From assembly GCA_038824665.1 (NCBI GenBank), contig JAWBBK010000003.1, positions 32,318-96,317 of the forward strand: 64,000 nt of DNA, read 5' to 3'. Positions 18,516-27,266 of the stretch are shown piece after piece (positions within the stretch are counted from its first letter, which is position 1; every line of letters begins with the position of its first letter). Origin of the DNA: Acidilobaceae archaeon (GTDB lineage Archaea; Thermoproteota; Thermoprotei_A; Sulfolobales; Acidilobaceae). The notes under the pieces are model-generated. The model had not been told where the DNA came from and searched no databases. It worked only from the letters and a program-made list of their open reading frames with translations. Position numbers and translations under genes: made by a program.

Positions 18516-19950
18516 TTGCTATCACTCCTCTGATCTTCGTGAGTTCCTCAACGAACTCTCCTAAGGATAAGAGCTTGAAGTCCTCTAAGAACCCTCCTAT
18601 CCACTGTATCCCTATGGGTAGCCCCTGGTAAAAATCTATGGGCTGAGCTAGAGCGGGAAGTCCTGAAAGGTTAGCGATCACTGTGTAGATGTCCATAGAG
18701 TACAGCTTAAGAGGGTCTTCGATCCTCTCACCAAGCTTAGGAGGTAGGATAGGAGAGACTTGAGAGGCTATCACGCATTCTGATGTTAGCTTCAAAAGAG
18801 AGTCTCTCAAGAACCTCCTCAGCTTGGTGGCAGCCACGTAATGTTCTTCTCTATAGCCTTCGCTGAGGACGTAGACTCCCATAAGTATTCTCCTTTTGAT
18901 TTCAGGTCCGAAACCTCTAGACCTAACGGACGATATGAAGCTCTCCCAAGTGTTCTTCTCTGTTTTAAGAGGATAAAGAACGCCTGTGTATCTAGCTAGA
19001 TTGCTCGCAGCTTCGGCAAAAGCTATAGTGTAATAAGCAGGTAGCGCTTTAGCTAAAGAGGGTTCGCTCCTCTCTTCTATAGTAGCTCCTTCTGACTCTA
19101 GTCTTTTCAGTAGATTCCAATAAGACTTAACTAAAGGCTCGTCTGCTCCCTCCCAGAGCTCTTTTACTGCACATATCTTTAGCTTCTCGACTTTCAAAGG
19201 CTCTGTTAGAAGCTTGACGCTTCTCTTTAAAGTCGTAGAGTCTAAAGGGTCCCAGCCGCTTATCGTTTCAAGAAGAAGCGCTAAGTCTCTAGAGCTTCTA
19301 GCCATAGGGGAAACCTGTTCGAGGCTGTTCCCATAAGGTATGACTCCATATCTGCTAACTAAACCATATGTAGGCTTTAGCCCAAAGGTTGCTGTATAAG
19401 TTGCTGGAAGTCTAGCGGAGCCTCCTGTATCGGTTCCTAGAGCTAGATCACAACCTCCATAGGCTAACGCTGCTGCGCTTCCACCACTACTGCCTCCAGG
19501 AGTTCTCTCAAGATCCCAAGGGTTTCTAGTAGGTCCAAAAGCGCTCAGCTCTGTAGTAGAGCCCATAGCGAACTCGTCCAAGTTCGTTTTGCCTATTATT
19601 ATCGCGTCTTCTTCTCTCAACTTCCTAACTACTGTAGCGTCAAAAGGAGGAACGTAGAACGTCAAGATCTTTGAAGCTGCTGTTGTTGAGAAGTCCACAG
19701 TTGATATGTTGTCTTTAACAGCTACGAGTAGTCCTGCGAGTCTGCCTAGCCTATCGCCTTTCTTCACCTTCTCCGCTATCTCTCTAGCCTTCTCTTCAGC
19801 GAGTTCTAGGTTATCTAGAGTCACGTAGGCGTTTACCTTATGCTCCCATCTCAAAATTCGCTCGTATACTTTGTAAAGGTGTTCAAGTGGGTCCAGAACT
19901 CCTTCTCGTATATCTAAAGCTATCCGCCAGGCTTCAGTTAAAATCAACAA
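18505..19950 (-). CDS. gatA: Amidotransferase subunit A
   Basis: Amidase signature GKTNLDEFAMGS, PGGSSGGS, GTDTGGS.R; EIKRRILMG. Confidence 0.96.
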   Translation of the reverse strand: MLILTEAWRIALDIREGVLDPLEHLYKVYERILRWEHKVNAYVTLDNLELAEEKAREIAEKVKKGDRLGRLAGLLVAVKDNISTVDFSTTAASKILTFYVPPFDATVVRKLREEDAIIIGKTNLDEFAMGSTTELSAFGPTRNPWDLERTPGGSSGGSAAALAYGGCDLALGTDTGGSARLPATYTATFGLKPTYGLVSRYGVIPYGNSLEQVSPMARSSRDLALLLETISGWDPLDSTTLKRSVKLLTEPLKVEKLKICAVKELWEGADEPLVKSYWNLLKRLESEGATIEERSEPSLAKALPAYYTIAFAEAASNLARYTGVLYPLKTEKNTWESFISSVRSRGFGPEIKRRILMGVYVLSEGYREEHYVAATKLRRFLRDSLLKLTSECVIASQVSPILPPKLGERIEDPLKLYSMDIYTVIANLSGLPALAQPIDFYQGLPIGIQWIGGFLEDFKLLSLGEFVEELTKIRGVIASEG

Positions 19951-20248
19951 TCCTACCGCCTCTCCACGGAGATTTTATATAGCCTCTTTCATCTACTATT
20001 GAAGAAAGCCTCCTAACGTCTACGGCTTTTTCTGGATCTTCAGCTGGTTCTCTTAAGTGTCCTATCTCCTCCCAGACGTGATAAAGAGGTTCTAACGCTA
20101 GACTCGCAGCCTCGCTTACACCTTTAAGATATGAGGCTATCTTCTCTACATCTCTACATATCTGTTTTATCTCATTATCATTTAATTCAAGCTTCGCTAT
20201 CTCAGCGAGTTTTCTCACTAAAGCTTCATCGCATCCTGTTTTGTCCAT
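19934..20248 (-). CDS. gatC: Amidotransferase subunit C
   Basis: VRKLAEIAKLEL pattern; first gene of gatCAB. Confidence 0.85.
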   Translation of the reverse strand: MDKTGCDEALVRKLAEIAKLELNDNEIKQICRDVEKIASYLKGVSEAASLALEPLYHVWEEIGHLREPAEDPEKAVDVRRLSSIVDERGYIKSPWRGGRIVDFN

Positions 20249-20384
20249 TTAGAAGTCCCTCTCACCACAGAAAGCTTCTTGAGGTCAGAGCTTATCGCTC
20301 CTGTTGCTCAAACTCGCTCTGAGAATTTAACTAGCTACATGTATATATCTGAGATCGGTCGTTCTTAAGGACTTGGTGTGACGC

Positions 20385-20729
20385 TTGGAGCTGAAGTGCG
20401 TTCAGGAAGCCATGAGGAAAGCTTATTACATGAAAGACTTTGAGAGAGGAGTTTATGCGACTTTTACATGGCTTGTTGAAGAGATAGGAGAGCTTGCTGA
20501 AGCCCTTCTCTCTAAAGATAAGTCCAAGATAGAGGAAGAGATAGCCGACGTGATAGCCTGGACTCTCAGTCTTGCCAACTTAGTAGATGTTGATGTAGAG
20601 AACGCCTTTAAGAAAAAGTACTTGAAAGATGTAGAGAACGCTATGTGTGTAGATATTAGGCTCGAGTTTAACCCTGAGGTCGGGGAAAACTCTTGTCTAG
20701 CAAGAAAAAGAGAACTGGAGGACCTATGA
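20385..20729 (+). CDS. MazG-like nucleotide pyrophosphohydrolase
   Basis: WLVEEIGELAEAL, EEIADV.AW..SLAN. Confidence 0.88.
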   Translation: MELKCVQEAMRKAYYMKDFERGVYATFTWLVEEIGELAEALLSKDKSKIEEEIADVIAWTLSLANLVDVDVENAFKKKYLKDVENAMCVDIRLEFNPEVGENSCLARKRELEDL

Positions 20730-20854
20730 GCGCTGCTGGACTGATATCTTTCTATGAGGAGTTTGAAGGTAGATTTAGGCTTTCTCCTTTAGCTGTGCTT
20801 CTATTAGCTATAGCTGTGATAGCGATAGTTGGGTCTCTCCATATATTCTTCTAA
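20693..20854 (+). CDS. secG: Preprotein translocase subunit Sec61beta (SecG)
   Basis: Manual translation MSSKKKRTGGPMSAAGLISFYEEFEGRFRLSPLAVLLLAIAVIAIVGSLHIFF: AGL..FYEE motif plus C-terminal TM helix. Not in the ORF track. Confidence 0.9.
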   Translation: MSSKKKRTGGPMSAAGLISFYEEFEGRFRLSPLAVLLLAIAVIAIVGSLHIFF

Positions 20855-21201
20855 CTATATGTGAGAGATCTAAGCTTTGGACTTTGACCTAAAGTTAGAA
20901 CTTCCCAAACGATCTTAGCTACGTCTTCTCGATTAGCTTCTAATCTCTTATACCTCTCTGAACTTTTAGCTATCTCCAGAGCTCTGAGATGTACACAACT
21001 TCTCTCTTTGAGATGTTTGAGAAACTCGAAACAACTACAGTAAAGCCCTTCGATTATGATGTAATCGCTTGATCTCCCTATGAAAGCCCAAAGCCCGAGG
21101 TCTGGGTCAAGTAGAACAAACCTTTTTGAGAGTCCTAACATCTTGACTCTATCGTTTGAGCCTTTTGGAGGAGAGCTTTCAGAACTCATAATTGGGCTCA
21201 C
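20851..21201 (-). CDS. SWIM zinc-finger protein
   Basis: DYII...YCSC..F.......CVH (CxC-x-CxH). Confidence 0.75.
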   Translation of the reverse strand: MSPIMSSESSPPKGSNDRVKMLGLSKRFVLLDPDLGLWAFIGRSSDYIIIEGLYCSCFEFLKHLKERSCVHLRALEIAKSSERYKRLEANREDVAKIVWEVLTLGQSPKLRSLTYS

Positions 21202-21223
21202 ACTTTTTAACTGGGGGGTTAAC

Positions 21224-21940
21224 CTAGAGGTGTTTACGTTTCTTCCGTCTCTCGAACTTCAACACTTCATATCCACAAACAGATCGTCCTATAACCGCGT
21301 AGTCTGCATATCCAATAAAGACTCCAGTCTCAACAACTCCAGGTATCTCTTTGAGAAGCTCTTCTAATTGCTCTAAGTCTTCGATACCTGGCTCCAAATC
21401 CATTATGATGCCGCCCCAGTCCGATATTGTTGGTCCTCTCTTACCTGAAGAGGGTCTAGGTTTGACTTTAAGACCGAGAGACTCTATAGCCTTTAAGATC
21501 ATGTTTAGATATCCTGGCTCTACTTCTATTGGTATTGGTCTCTTGGAACCAACTTTCTCAACTAGCTTCTCTTCCGATAATATGAATATATTTGTTGAGC
21601 TGTTGTAAGCCATTATCTTCTCTCCAAGTAGAGCTCCGCCTCCACCTTTCAATATGAACCCTCTTCTATCCAATTCATCAACTCCATCTACATAAACGTC
21701 AAGAGAACTGACAGTTCGAGGGTCTAGAACTCTAAGTCCTAACTCTGAAGCCAAGAACGCTGTCTCTAGGCTTGAAGGCACTACAAATAAGCTCTTAGCG
21801 AGTTCGTCTTTAGAGAGTTTATAGAGAAACTCAGCAACAGTTCTCCCAGTTCCCACTCCGAGGACAAAGGGTTCTCGCATTAATTGTTTGAGAAGGGCTA
21901 GAGCCCCTTGAGTAGCTTCAGCTATTGGATCGCAAGACAA
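21224..21940 (-). CDS. rpiA: Ribose-5-phosphate isomerase A
   Basis: GVGTGRTV, DGVDE, KGGGGALLGEK, IPGVVETGVF. Start placed at TTG 21940 behind GGGGGAGG; the track's extension to 22024 runs into the origin. Confidence 0.93.
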   Translation of the reverse strand: MSCDPIAEATQGALALLKQLMREPFVLGVGTGRTVAEFLYKLSKDELAKSLFVVPSSLETAFLASELGLRVLDPRTVSSLDVYVDGVDELDRRGFILKGGGGALLGEKIMAYNSSTNIFILSEEKLVEKVGSKRPIPIEVEPGYLNMILKAIESLGLKVKPRPSSGKRGPTISDWGGIIMDLEPGIEDLEQLEELLKEIPGVVETGVFIGYADYAVIGRSVCGYEVLKFERRKKRKHL

Positions 21941-21997
21941 AAAGTCCTCCCCCCAACTTGTTTCAGAGCTGAGAAGAAATAGTTGTGTGAGCAGTGG

Positions 21998-22297
21998 GTT
22001 CCAGAGGAAACAGAGGGGTCTCAATAGCTATTTGTTCTATATGGTTTAGTTTGTTGTGAAGATGTGTAGAGGGACCCCTCTATTTCTTTTAGACTAAGCC
22101 TAGAATAAGCGGAACTTTTCAACCAATACAAGACCTCACTAACATTATACAAACCATTATATAACACCACAACAACTCTGATATAGTCTCCAGAAGAAGT
22201 TGAGGGGCGGGAGTATCGAGAGATCAGAGTAGTCGAACTCAGACAAACCTTTGAGGTCGAGGAGTGCTCTGGTGGGCTCCACAGGAAGCAGGGGGGT
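21998..22297. other. Replication origin (oriC) with four ORB elements and AT-rich spacers
   Basis: ORB1+ GTTCCAGAGGAAACAGAGGGGT (21998-22019); ORB2- TCTAAAAGAAATAGAGGGGT (22074-22093); ORB3+ CTCCAGAAGAAGTTGAGGGG (22188-22207); ORB4+ CTCCACAGGAAGCAGGGGGGT (22277-22297). All match the archaeal TCCA..GAAA..G-string consensus. Confidence 0.88.
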
Positions 22298-22322
22298 CTC
22301 AACCCCCCGGTTAAACTAGTTG

Positions 22323-23654
22323 TTAAAATAGACGTGGTATGGGAGGAGTACGACCTATAACGCTCTCAACGCTAAGAGGGTTCAGAGGTAGACCAAAACC
22401 ATGTTTAGGCTTTCTCAAAGGCGGTGCTACAAGATGTCTCAATCTTCCAGGTCTTGGAGTATAGACAGCTGGAGAAAGAAGTGAACGCTTCTCTATCTCA
22501 ACTTTGATCATCTTGTTGATTGTATAACCACAACTCTTACAACGATAGCCTTTACCAGCTCCAACGCTCTCAAACCTATGACCACATAGAGGACATCGGG
22601 GGTTGACAAACAAAACTCTTTTAGATATCTTCTCAACAACAAGCTTCTCAGAGGCTATCACGACTTTCCCTCTTGGTTTATAAGGTCTCACACTACCATA
22701 AACCACTATCTCATCTCCTCTTCCAAGCATAGCGGCGATCTTGTTCAGAGGAAACGTTTCTCTATAGAATACAGCATCAACAACACCTTCTTCAGTCTCT
22801 ATCTCTACCACTGTATGGGAGCCAGGGATCACTTCTGGATTTTCAGAGACGACTCCTCTCACATATCCAGACTCGTAAGGATAGAGTCTTTCTTTTAGCG
22901 GTCTAGCGTGAACGTCAGTATGTTGATTAGACCTGAAGAGAGTCCAGAGGTCAGGCTCTTCACATAACAGCTTTGAGTATTCAGGAAGCAATTCATAACA
23001 GTCTCCTCGAAACCCAGCTAGAACGGGGTCATAACCTTTAGGAGAAGCCGTTAACTCCCCGGTTAATGGATCGTAGTTGTTGAAAACACAAGGAGGGAGG
23101 TCTCCTTCAAGCAGAGCTACTTTAATTCCTTCAACCACACATCTCTTAGTGCCCCACGCTTCAGGCTTTCTATAAGCTATTAGCTCAAAAGTATAATCAT
23201 CGTTTTCGTTTAGAGCGGTTAGCGCGGCTAGAGCTCCTATTGTTCCTCTGCCTCCACTCCACAAAAGCTTCTTCTTCTCAACTAGCTCGGTTGCCACATC
23301 TAGAGGAATAACGCTTGTGAGAGTTCTCTCATAAAATCTCCTTAGCTCTAGGTCTTTCCAAATAGCTCCGCTAGCCACTATAACTCCATAATCTTTCTTT
23401 CCACTATAAGCATTAGCTAGCTCTTCAACTCTTCTCAAGAGCTCTTCTAGAGATCCATCGTAGTACATCCTTAAGGCGACAGAAGCGTTGCCTCTAGTCT
23501 TCCAAGGAATAGCTGGGTTCAGTCTCACGAGAAGCGGAAGGTCAGCTAGCTTAACTTTATCTCTAAGCTCGTAGAGCAACAACGAAACAAAATGAGTAGT
23601 GCAACCAGCATGAAGACTGTCAACGCTATCCACAGATAAAGTGACTAGCTTCAT
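22323..23654 (-). CDS. tiaS: tRNA(Ile2) agmatinylcytidine synthetase
   Basis: GCTTH, LVRLNP.IPWKTRGNA, P.G.DPVLAGFRG, SNQHTD.H, OB fold and C-terminal Zn ribbon. Confidence 0.93.
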   Translation of the reverse strand: MKLVTLSVDSVDSLHAGCTTHFVSLLLYELRDKVKLADLPLLVRLNPAIPWKTRGNASVALRMYYDGSLEELLRRVEELANAYSGKKDYGVIVASGAIWKDLELRRFYERTLTSVIPLDVATELVEKKKLLWSGGRGTIGALAALTALNENDDYTFELIAYRKPEAWGTKRCVVEGIKVALLEGDLPPCVFNNYDPLTGELTASPKGYDPVLAGFRGDCYELLPEYSKLLCEEPDLWTLFRSNQHTDVHARPLKERLYPYESGYVRGVVSENPEVIPGSHTVVEIETEEGVVDAVFYRETFPLNKIAAMLGRGDEIVVYGSVRPYKPRGKVVIASEKLVVEKISKRVLFVNPRCPLCGHRFESVGAGKGYRCKSCGYTINKMIKVEIEKRSLLSPAVYTPRPGRLRHLVAPPLRKPKHGFGLPLNPLSVESVIGRTPPIPRLF

Positions 23655-23669
23655 AAAACACCTTCTTCG

Positions 23670-23939
23670 TTACGTAGACTTGACCTCTTTCTTTACCACT
23701 ATACACGTTATAGTGTTCCTAACTCCCTCAATCTTTCTTATCTTTTGGACCACTACTTGTCTTAACTCCTCTAACCCATCAGCTTTAACCACAGCTATCA
23801 AATCATGTATTCCATAGACTATGTAGGCTTCTTTTACTTCAGGGATCTCAAGGAGTTTTTGAAAAGCGATCTCTTCTTTTCCTATATCTACATTGACCAG
23901 AATCACGGCCTCTGTAGACACGAAACTCACCACGCCCAA
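23670..23939 (-). CDS. Stand-alone Lrp/AsnC ligand-binding (RAM) domain protein
   Basis: V.EAY.VYG.HDLIA.V, IRKIEGV..T.T. Confidence 0.85.
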   Translation of the reverse strand: MGVVSFVSTEAVILVNVDIGKEEIAFQKLLEIPEVKEAYIVYGIHDLIAVVKADGLEELRQVVVQKIRKIEGVRNTITCIVVKKEVKST

Positions 23940-23970
23940 CCGATTTATCGAGATCGAGGTTTATAAACGA

Positions 23971-24237
23971 TCAGTCAGTTTGATTATCGCAAGAACAAAG
24001 ATCAAAAGCTAAAACGATAGCGTCTCTAAGCCCCATAGCCAATCCTAGAGCTCCTATAACCAACTGTTTAGAAGAAACGGTAGAAGGCGTGGTGTCAACG
24101 GCTCTAACCAAGTCTTCTACCAATCTAGAGAGTCCTCTCTCAAGAGCTTCTAAAACGTCTTTACAAGAAGGCTTAAGCGTATTCTCTCCAGGTGTAGCCA
24201 CACTTGGTACACCTATAAAATCTAGTGGGAGGTTCAT
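23971..24237 (-). CDS. Small hypothetical protein (start uncertain)
   Basis: Fills the gap between tfs and the Lrp-domain gene; amphipathic helices. Confidence 0.5.
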   Translation of the reverse strand: MNLPLDFIGVPSVATPGENTLKPSCKDVLEALERGLSRLVEDLVRAVDTTPSTVSSKQLVIGALGLAMGLRDAIVLAFDLCSCDNQTD

Positions 24238-24523
24238 CAGCAGCTCTAGTTTGCATCATCCAGAAGTAAGCTCTATCGTTACCACACTTCGGACATACAG
24301 TAGAAACCGTTTGAGCTGTTTCAAGACTTTTCTCAGAGTTTAAAACCAGAGTTTTGTCCTTCGGGCTTCTTCTAGCGTTGCTCTTTACTTGGATCGTGAT
24401 CGGTTCTTGAGTTCTCTCAGAGTAACCACATCTAGGACAGACTAGAGAGTTAGAGCCGTTAGGCTCTCTCTTCGACTGCATTAAAGCTCCACATTTAGGG
24501 CAAAACCTTAACACTGCTCTCAC
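24173..24523 (-). CDS. tfs: Transcription cleavage factor TFS (RpoM family)
   Basis: FCPKCG..M, CPKCGN, QTRAADEPPTRFYRC.KCG.TWRE. Confidence 0.95.
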   Translation of the reverse strand: MRAVLRFCPKCGALMQSKREPNGSNSLVCPRCGYSERTQEPITIQVKSNARRSPKDKTLVLNSEKSLETAQTVSTVCPKCGNDRAYFWMMQTRAADEPPTRFYRCTKCGYTWREYA

Positions 24524-24524
24524 C

Positions 24525-24827
24525 TCATCTATAGGGTTGAGTCGCTCTAGCTCTTCTCATCTTTTCAGCTAGACCTATAAGCTTAGCTAAGAAGGTTTCG
24601 TAGAAGCTAGCGGTTTTCACTAAAGCTGGAGGAGGCAGAACGCCACACGTGCAGTCTCCTAGAGCATAGCGGAGCTCTCCAACATAACCTTCTTTTCGCA
24701 ATCTCTCACAGAGTTCAGCACAACTGAAAGCTAAGACTAGAGCATCGAAGCTAACGCCTCGAAGCACGATAGAAGCGCAGATATCTTCGCTACATCTCGA
24801 TAAGAGAATCCTGACTTCAGGCTTCAA
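24525..24827 (-). CDS. Cys-rich hypothetical protein in the rpoL-tfs operon
   Basis: Overlaps the rpoL stop and abuts the tfs start. Confidence 0.6.
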   Translation of the reverse strand: MKPEVRILLSRCSEDICASIVLRGVSFDALVLAFSCAELCERLRKEGYVGELRYALGDCTCGVLPPPALVKTASFYETFLAKLIGLAEKMRRARATQPYR

Positions 24828-25149
24828 TAACTATTCCTCTCTCTTTCAAAGCCTTTAGGTAGAGGTCTCTAAACATCTGGTTCTTCTCCAAGATCTTCTC
24901 TAAAGCTTTAATTAACACATCGACTACGCTGGTTTCTCTGTTTTTGAGCGAAACGAAGACCACGACTTTATCTTCAAGAGGGTGAGGCTTCAGATAGCTA
25001 GCTATCTCCACCTCAGGTAGCTCGAGAAGGGTCTTAGCGAGCAGGTTGCCCATAGTGTGGTCTTCTCCATCTATCAACACTTTGTAGCTATTGTCTCCAA
25101 GCTTCTCGATGAAGACTCTGCTCTGCGTCTCTCCATTCACTTTATACAC
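24817..25149 (-). CDS. rpoL: RNA polymerase subunit Rpo11 (L)
   Basis: GEDHTMGNLL, ASY..PHPL. Confidence 0.95.
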   Translation of the reverse strand: MYKVNGETQSRVFIEKLGDNSYKVLIDGEDHTMGNLLAKTLLELPEVEIASYLKPHPLEDKVVVFVSLKNRETSVVDVLIKALEKILEKNQMFRDLYLKALKERGIVIEA

Positions 25150-25196
25150 CCTTTCTTCAGCTTATCGAGAGAGTCCTAATATATTAAGGAGTGAAG

Positions 25197-25268
25197 AGCC
25201 GGGAGCGACCCGTCCCACGTTCACACTCTCCCGAGACGCGGGAGCGTCGCGCGGGCAACCGGGGTCCG
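25197..25268 (-). ncRNA. GC-rich structured small RNA candidate (class unknown; H/ACA-like hairpin possible)
   Basis: GC island in an intergenic gap; nested pairings CCGG/CCGG, CCCG/CGGG, CUCCCG/CGGGAG; BRE-TATA GAAACTTATAA on - strand at 25302-25292, about 25 nt upstream. Confidence 0.5.
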
Positions 25269-25344
25269 TTTTACAAGCTCTAAACGACAGGTTATAAGTT
25301 TCCTATAGGATAGGGTTAGGAAAGACGTAGGAGGCTCGAATTTC

Positions 25345-26007
25345 ATGAGGTCCTATGTTGTCCTGTTCTCTACGATGACTGTAGACGGTAGGATAGCTAG
25401 CAGAACCGGGTATTCTAGACTTAGTTGTCTTGAAGACCTAGAACTTCTTCATAAACTCAGAGCCTCAAGCGATGCCGTAATGGTAGGAGCTAACACTGTG
25501 ATCTCTGACAACCCTCGACTGACGACAAGACTAGTCGCAGGACCTAGCCCCAAATACAGAGTCGTCGTAGACGCCAGACTAAGAGTTCCTCCTACAGCAA
25601 GAGTCTTTGAGTCTCCTAACAGAGGAGTTTTGGTGACTTTAGATAAATGGAGTGATGAAGACTTAGCGAAGTATTTAGATCGAGGAGTTAAAGTGATAAA
25701 AGCGGGAAAGGACGAGATAGATCTGAAGCTTGCTCTAACGAAGCTTTATGAAATAGGGATTCGAAGACTTCTCGTTGAAGGCGGAGGAACTCTCAACTGC
25801 TCTATGCTCGCATCTGGTCTAGTAGACGAGATAAGAGTTACCGTAGCTCCTTATGTGTTCGGTTCAGGCGTTTCTCTAGCTGAGTGTGAAGCTTTTGATG
25901 GAGAACATAACAGAGTTGAACTCTCTTTAGTAGAGTACTGGGAAGTGTGTCCAGGATGGCTTCACCTAGTTTATAGAGTCGTTCGTCCGAAAAACGTTTT
26001 ACCTTAA
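25345..26007 (+). CDS. RibD C-terminal-type pyrimidine reductase (2,5-diamino-6-ribosylamino-pyrimidinone 5'-phosphate reductase-like)
   Basis: MTVDGRIA, DAVMVGANTV..DNPRLT, LLVEGGG, LVDEI. Confidence 0.88.
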   Translation: MRSYVVLFSTMTVDGRIASRTGYSRLSCLEDLELLHKLRASSDAVMVGANTVISDNPRLTTRLVAGPSPKYRVVVDARLRVPPTARVFESPNRGVLVTLDKWSDEDLAKYLDRGVKVIKAGKDEIDLKLALTKLYEIGIRRLLVEGGGTLNCSMLASGLVDEIRVTVAPYVFGSGVSLAECEAFDGEHNRVELSLVEYWEVCPGWLHLVYRVVRPKNVLP

Positions 26008-26039
26008 CCCATTAAAGTTCTAACTCCGGATGAGAGCTT

Positions 26040-27227
26040 TTGAGCTCGAGAGAACCTAGAATATACATCGCTAGTCTAGAGGACATACTAGAGGGAAGAG
26101 CTACCGACATCTACTTCTATAGGACTAAAGTGATTTTAGATAAGTACTCTGAAGACATTGAGGTCAGAATGCAGGTTCACGCTTACTCGCTACCTAAAGG
26201 GTATAGTTGGGCGGTCTTCGCAGGACTTGAAGAAGCTCTAGCGGTGCTTAAAGGAAAGCCTCTCACAGTATATGCTGTACCCGAAGGAACAGTGTTTAGA
26301 AGAAAATACCCTATAATGTTGATTGAAGGAAGACTTAGAGATATGGTGCTTTATGAAACTGCTTATTTAGGGGTTTTGAGATTCGCTTCAAGCATAGCGA
26401 CAAAGACCGCTAGACTAAAGAAGCTGGCTGGAGATAAGACTCTTCTCTTTTTCGGATTGAGAGCTCTCCATCCTGTTCTTCAACCAGCTGCTGATCGAGC
26501 AGCCTACATCGGAGGAGCTGACGGTGTGAGCGGATTGCTAGCAGAAAAGTATTTAGGGCTGAAGCCTATGGGTACAATGCCTCACGCTCTTATAGTGGCC
26601 ATGGGAGACCAGAGAAGAGCTTGGAAGAGCTTCGCTGAGACATTCGGTAAGGAGACTCCAGTAATAGCGTTAGTGGACACTTTTTACGATGAGAGAGTCG
26701 AGGCACTAATGGCTGCAGAACTCCTCGGCAAGGACCTTTATGGAGTCAGACTTGACACTCCAGGTAGCAGAAGAGGTAGGATGAGAGATATAGTAGAAGA
26801 AGTCAGAATAGCTTTGGATAGAGCAGGCTATAGACACGTGAAGATCTTCGTCAGTGGAGGAATAGATGAAAACGAAGTAGTGGAGCTAAGAGATATAGTA
26901 GACGGATTCGGAGTAGGGACAGCTATAGCTGCTGCTCCCAACATAGACATAAGCGCAGACATAGTTGAAATACGCGAAGAGGGAGAGTGGAAACCTAGAG
27001 CTAAGAGAGGGAAAATACCGTCAGCTCTACAAGTCTACAGATGTAGTGTCAAAGAAGACTATCTGATCTTTTTTGAACAAAGAGAAGTCCCAAGATGTAA
27101 AGACGGTTCTGAAGCTAGACCTCTTTTAGTTAAATACATAGAGAACGGCGAGATGGTTAGAGACTTACCGAAGCTAGAAGACATCAGAAAGTACGTGCTC
27201 GAACAGATAAAAGAGATAGACCTTTAG
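26040..27227 (+). CDS. pncB: Nicotinate phosphoribosyltransferase
   Basis: [37 protein letters not shown]. Confidence 0.93.
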   Translation: MSSREPRIYIASLEDILEGRATDIYFYRTKVILDKYSEDIEVRMQVHAYSLPKGYSWAVFAGLEEALAVLKGKPLTVYAVPEGTVFRRKYPIMLIEGRLRDMVLYETAYLGVLRFASSIATKTARLKKLAGDKTLLFFGLRALHPVLQPAADRAAYIGGADGVSGLLAEKYLGLKPMGTMPHALIVAMGDQRRAWKSFAETFGKETPVIALVDTFYDERVEALMAAELLGKDLYGVRLDTPGSRRGRMRDIVEEVRIALDRAGYRHVKIFVSGGIDENEVVELRDIVDGFGVGTAIAAAPNIDISADIVEIREEGEWKPRAKRGKIPSALQVYRCSVKEDYLIFFEQREVPRCKDGSEARPLLVKYIENGEMVRDLPKLEDIRKYVLEQIKEIDL

Positions 27228-27266
27228 CTTTCAAGAACTTTTTATAGGTTTCTTTCAGCTAAATAT

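Noticed and set aside
22021-22302. 93-aa ORF (MRPPCFLWSP...) and the similar N-terminal extension of rpiA (MRPLCFLWNP...)
   Set aside because: Both are antisense translations of the repeated ORB elements, not proteins.
21990-22305. Spaced degenerate repeats as a mini-CRISPR array
   Set aside because: Irregular spacing, one inverted copy, no cas genes, and the repeats match the ORB consensus.
25197-25268. Split or permuted tRNA half, SRP RNA or RNase P fragment
   Set aside because: No GTTCRA T-loop, D-arm, SRP helix-8 or RNase P conserved motifs were recognisable.
25091-25297. 68-aa ORF on + strand
   Set aside because: Antisense to rpoL and crosses the GC-rich hairpin; no coding signature.
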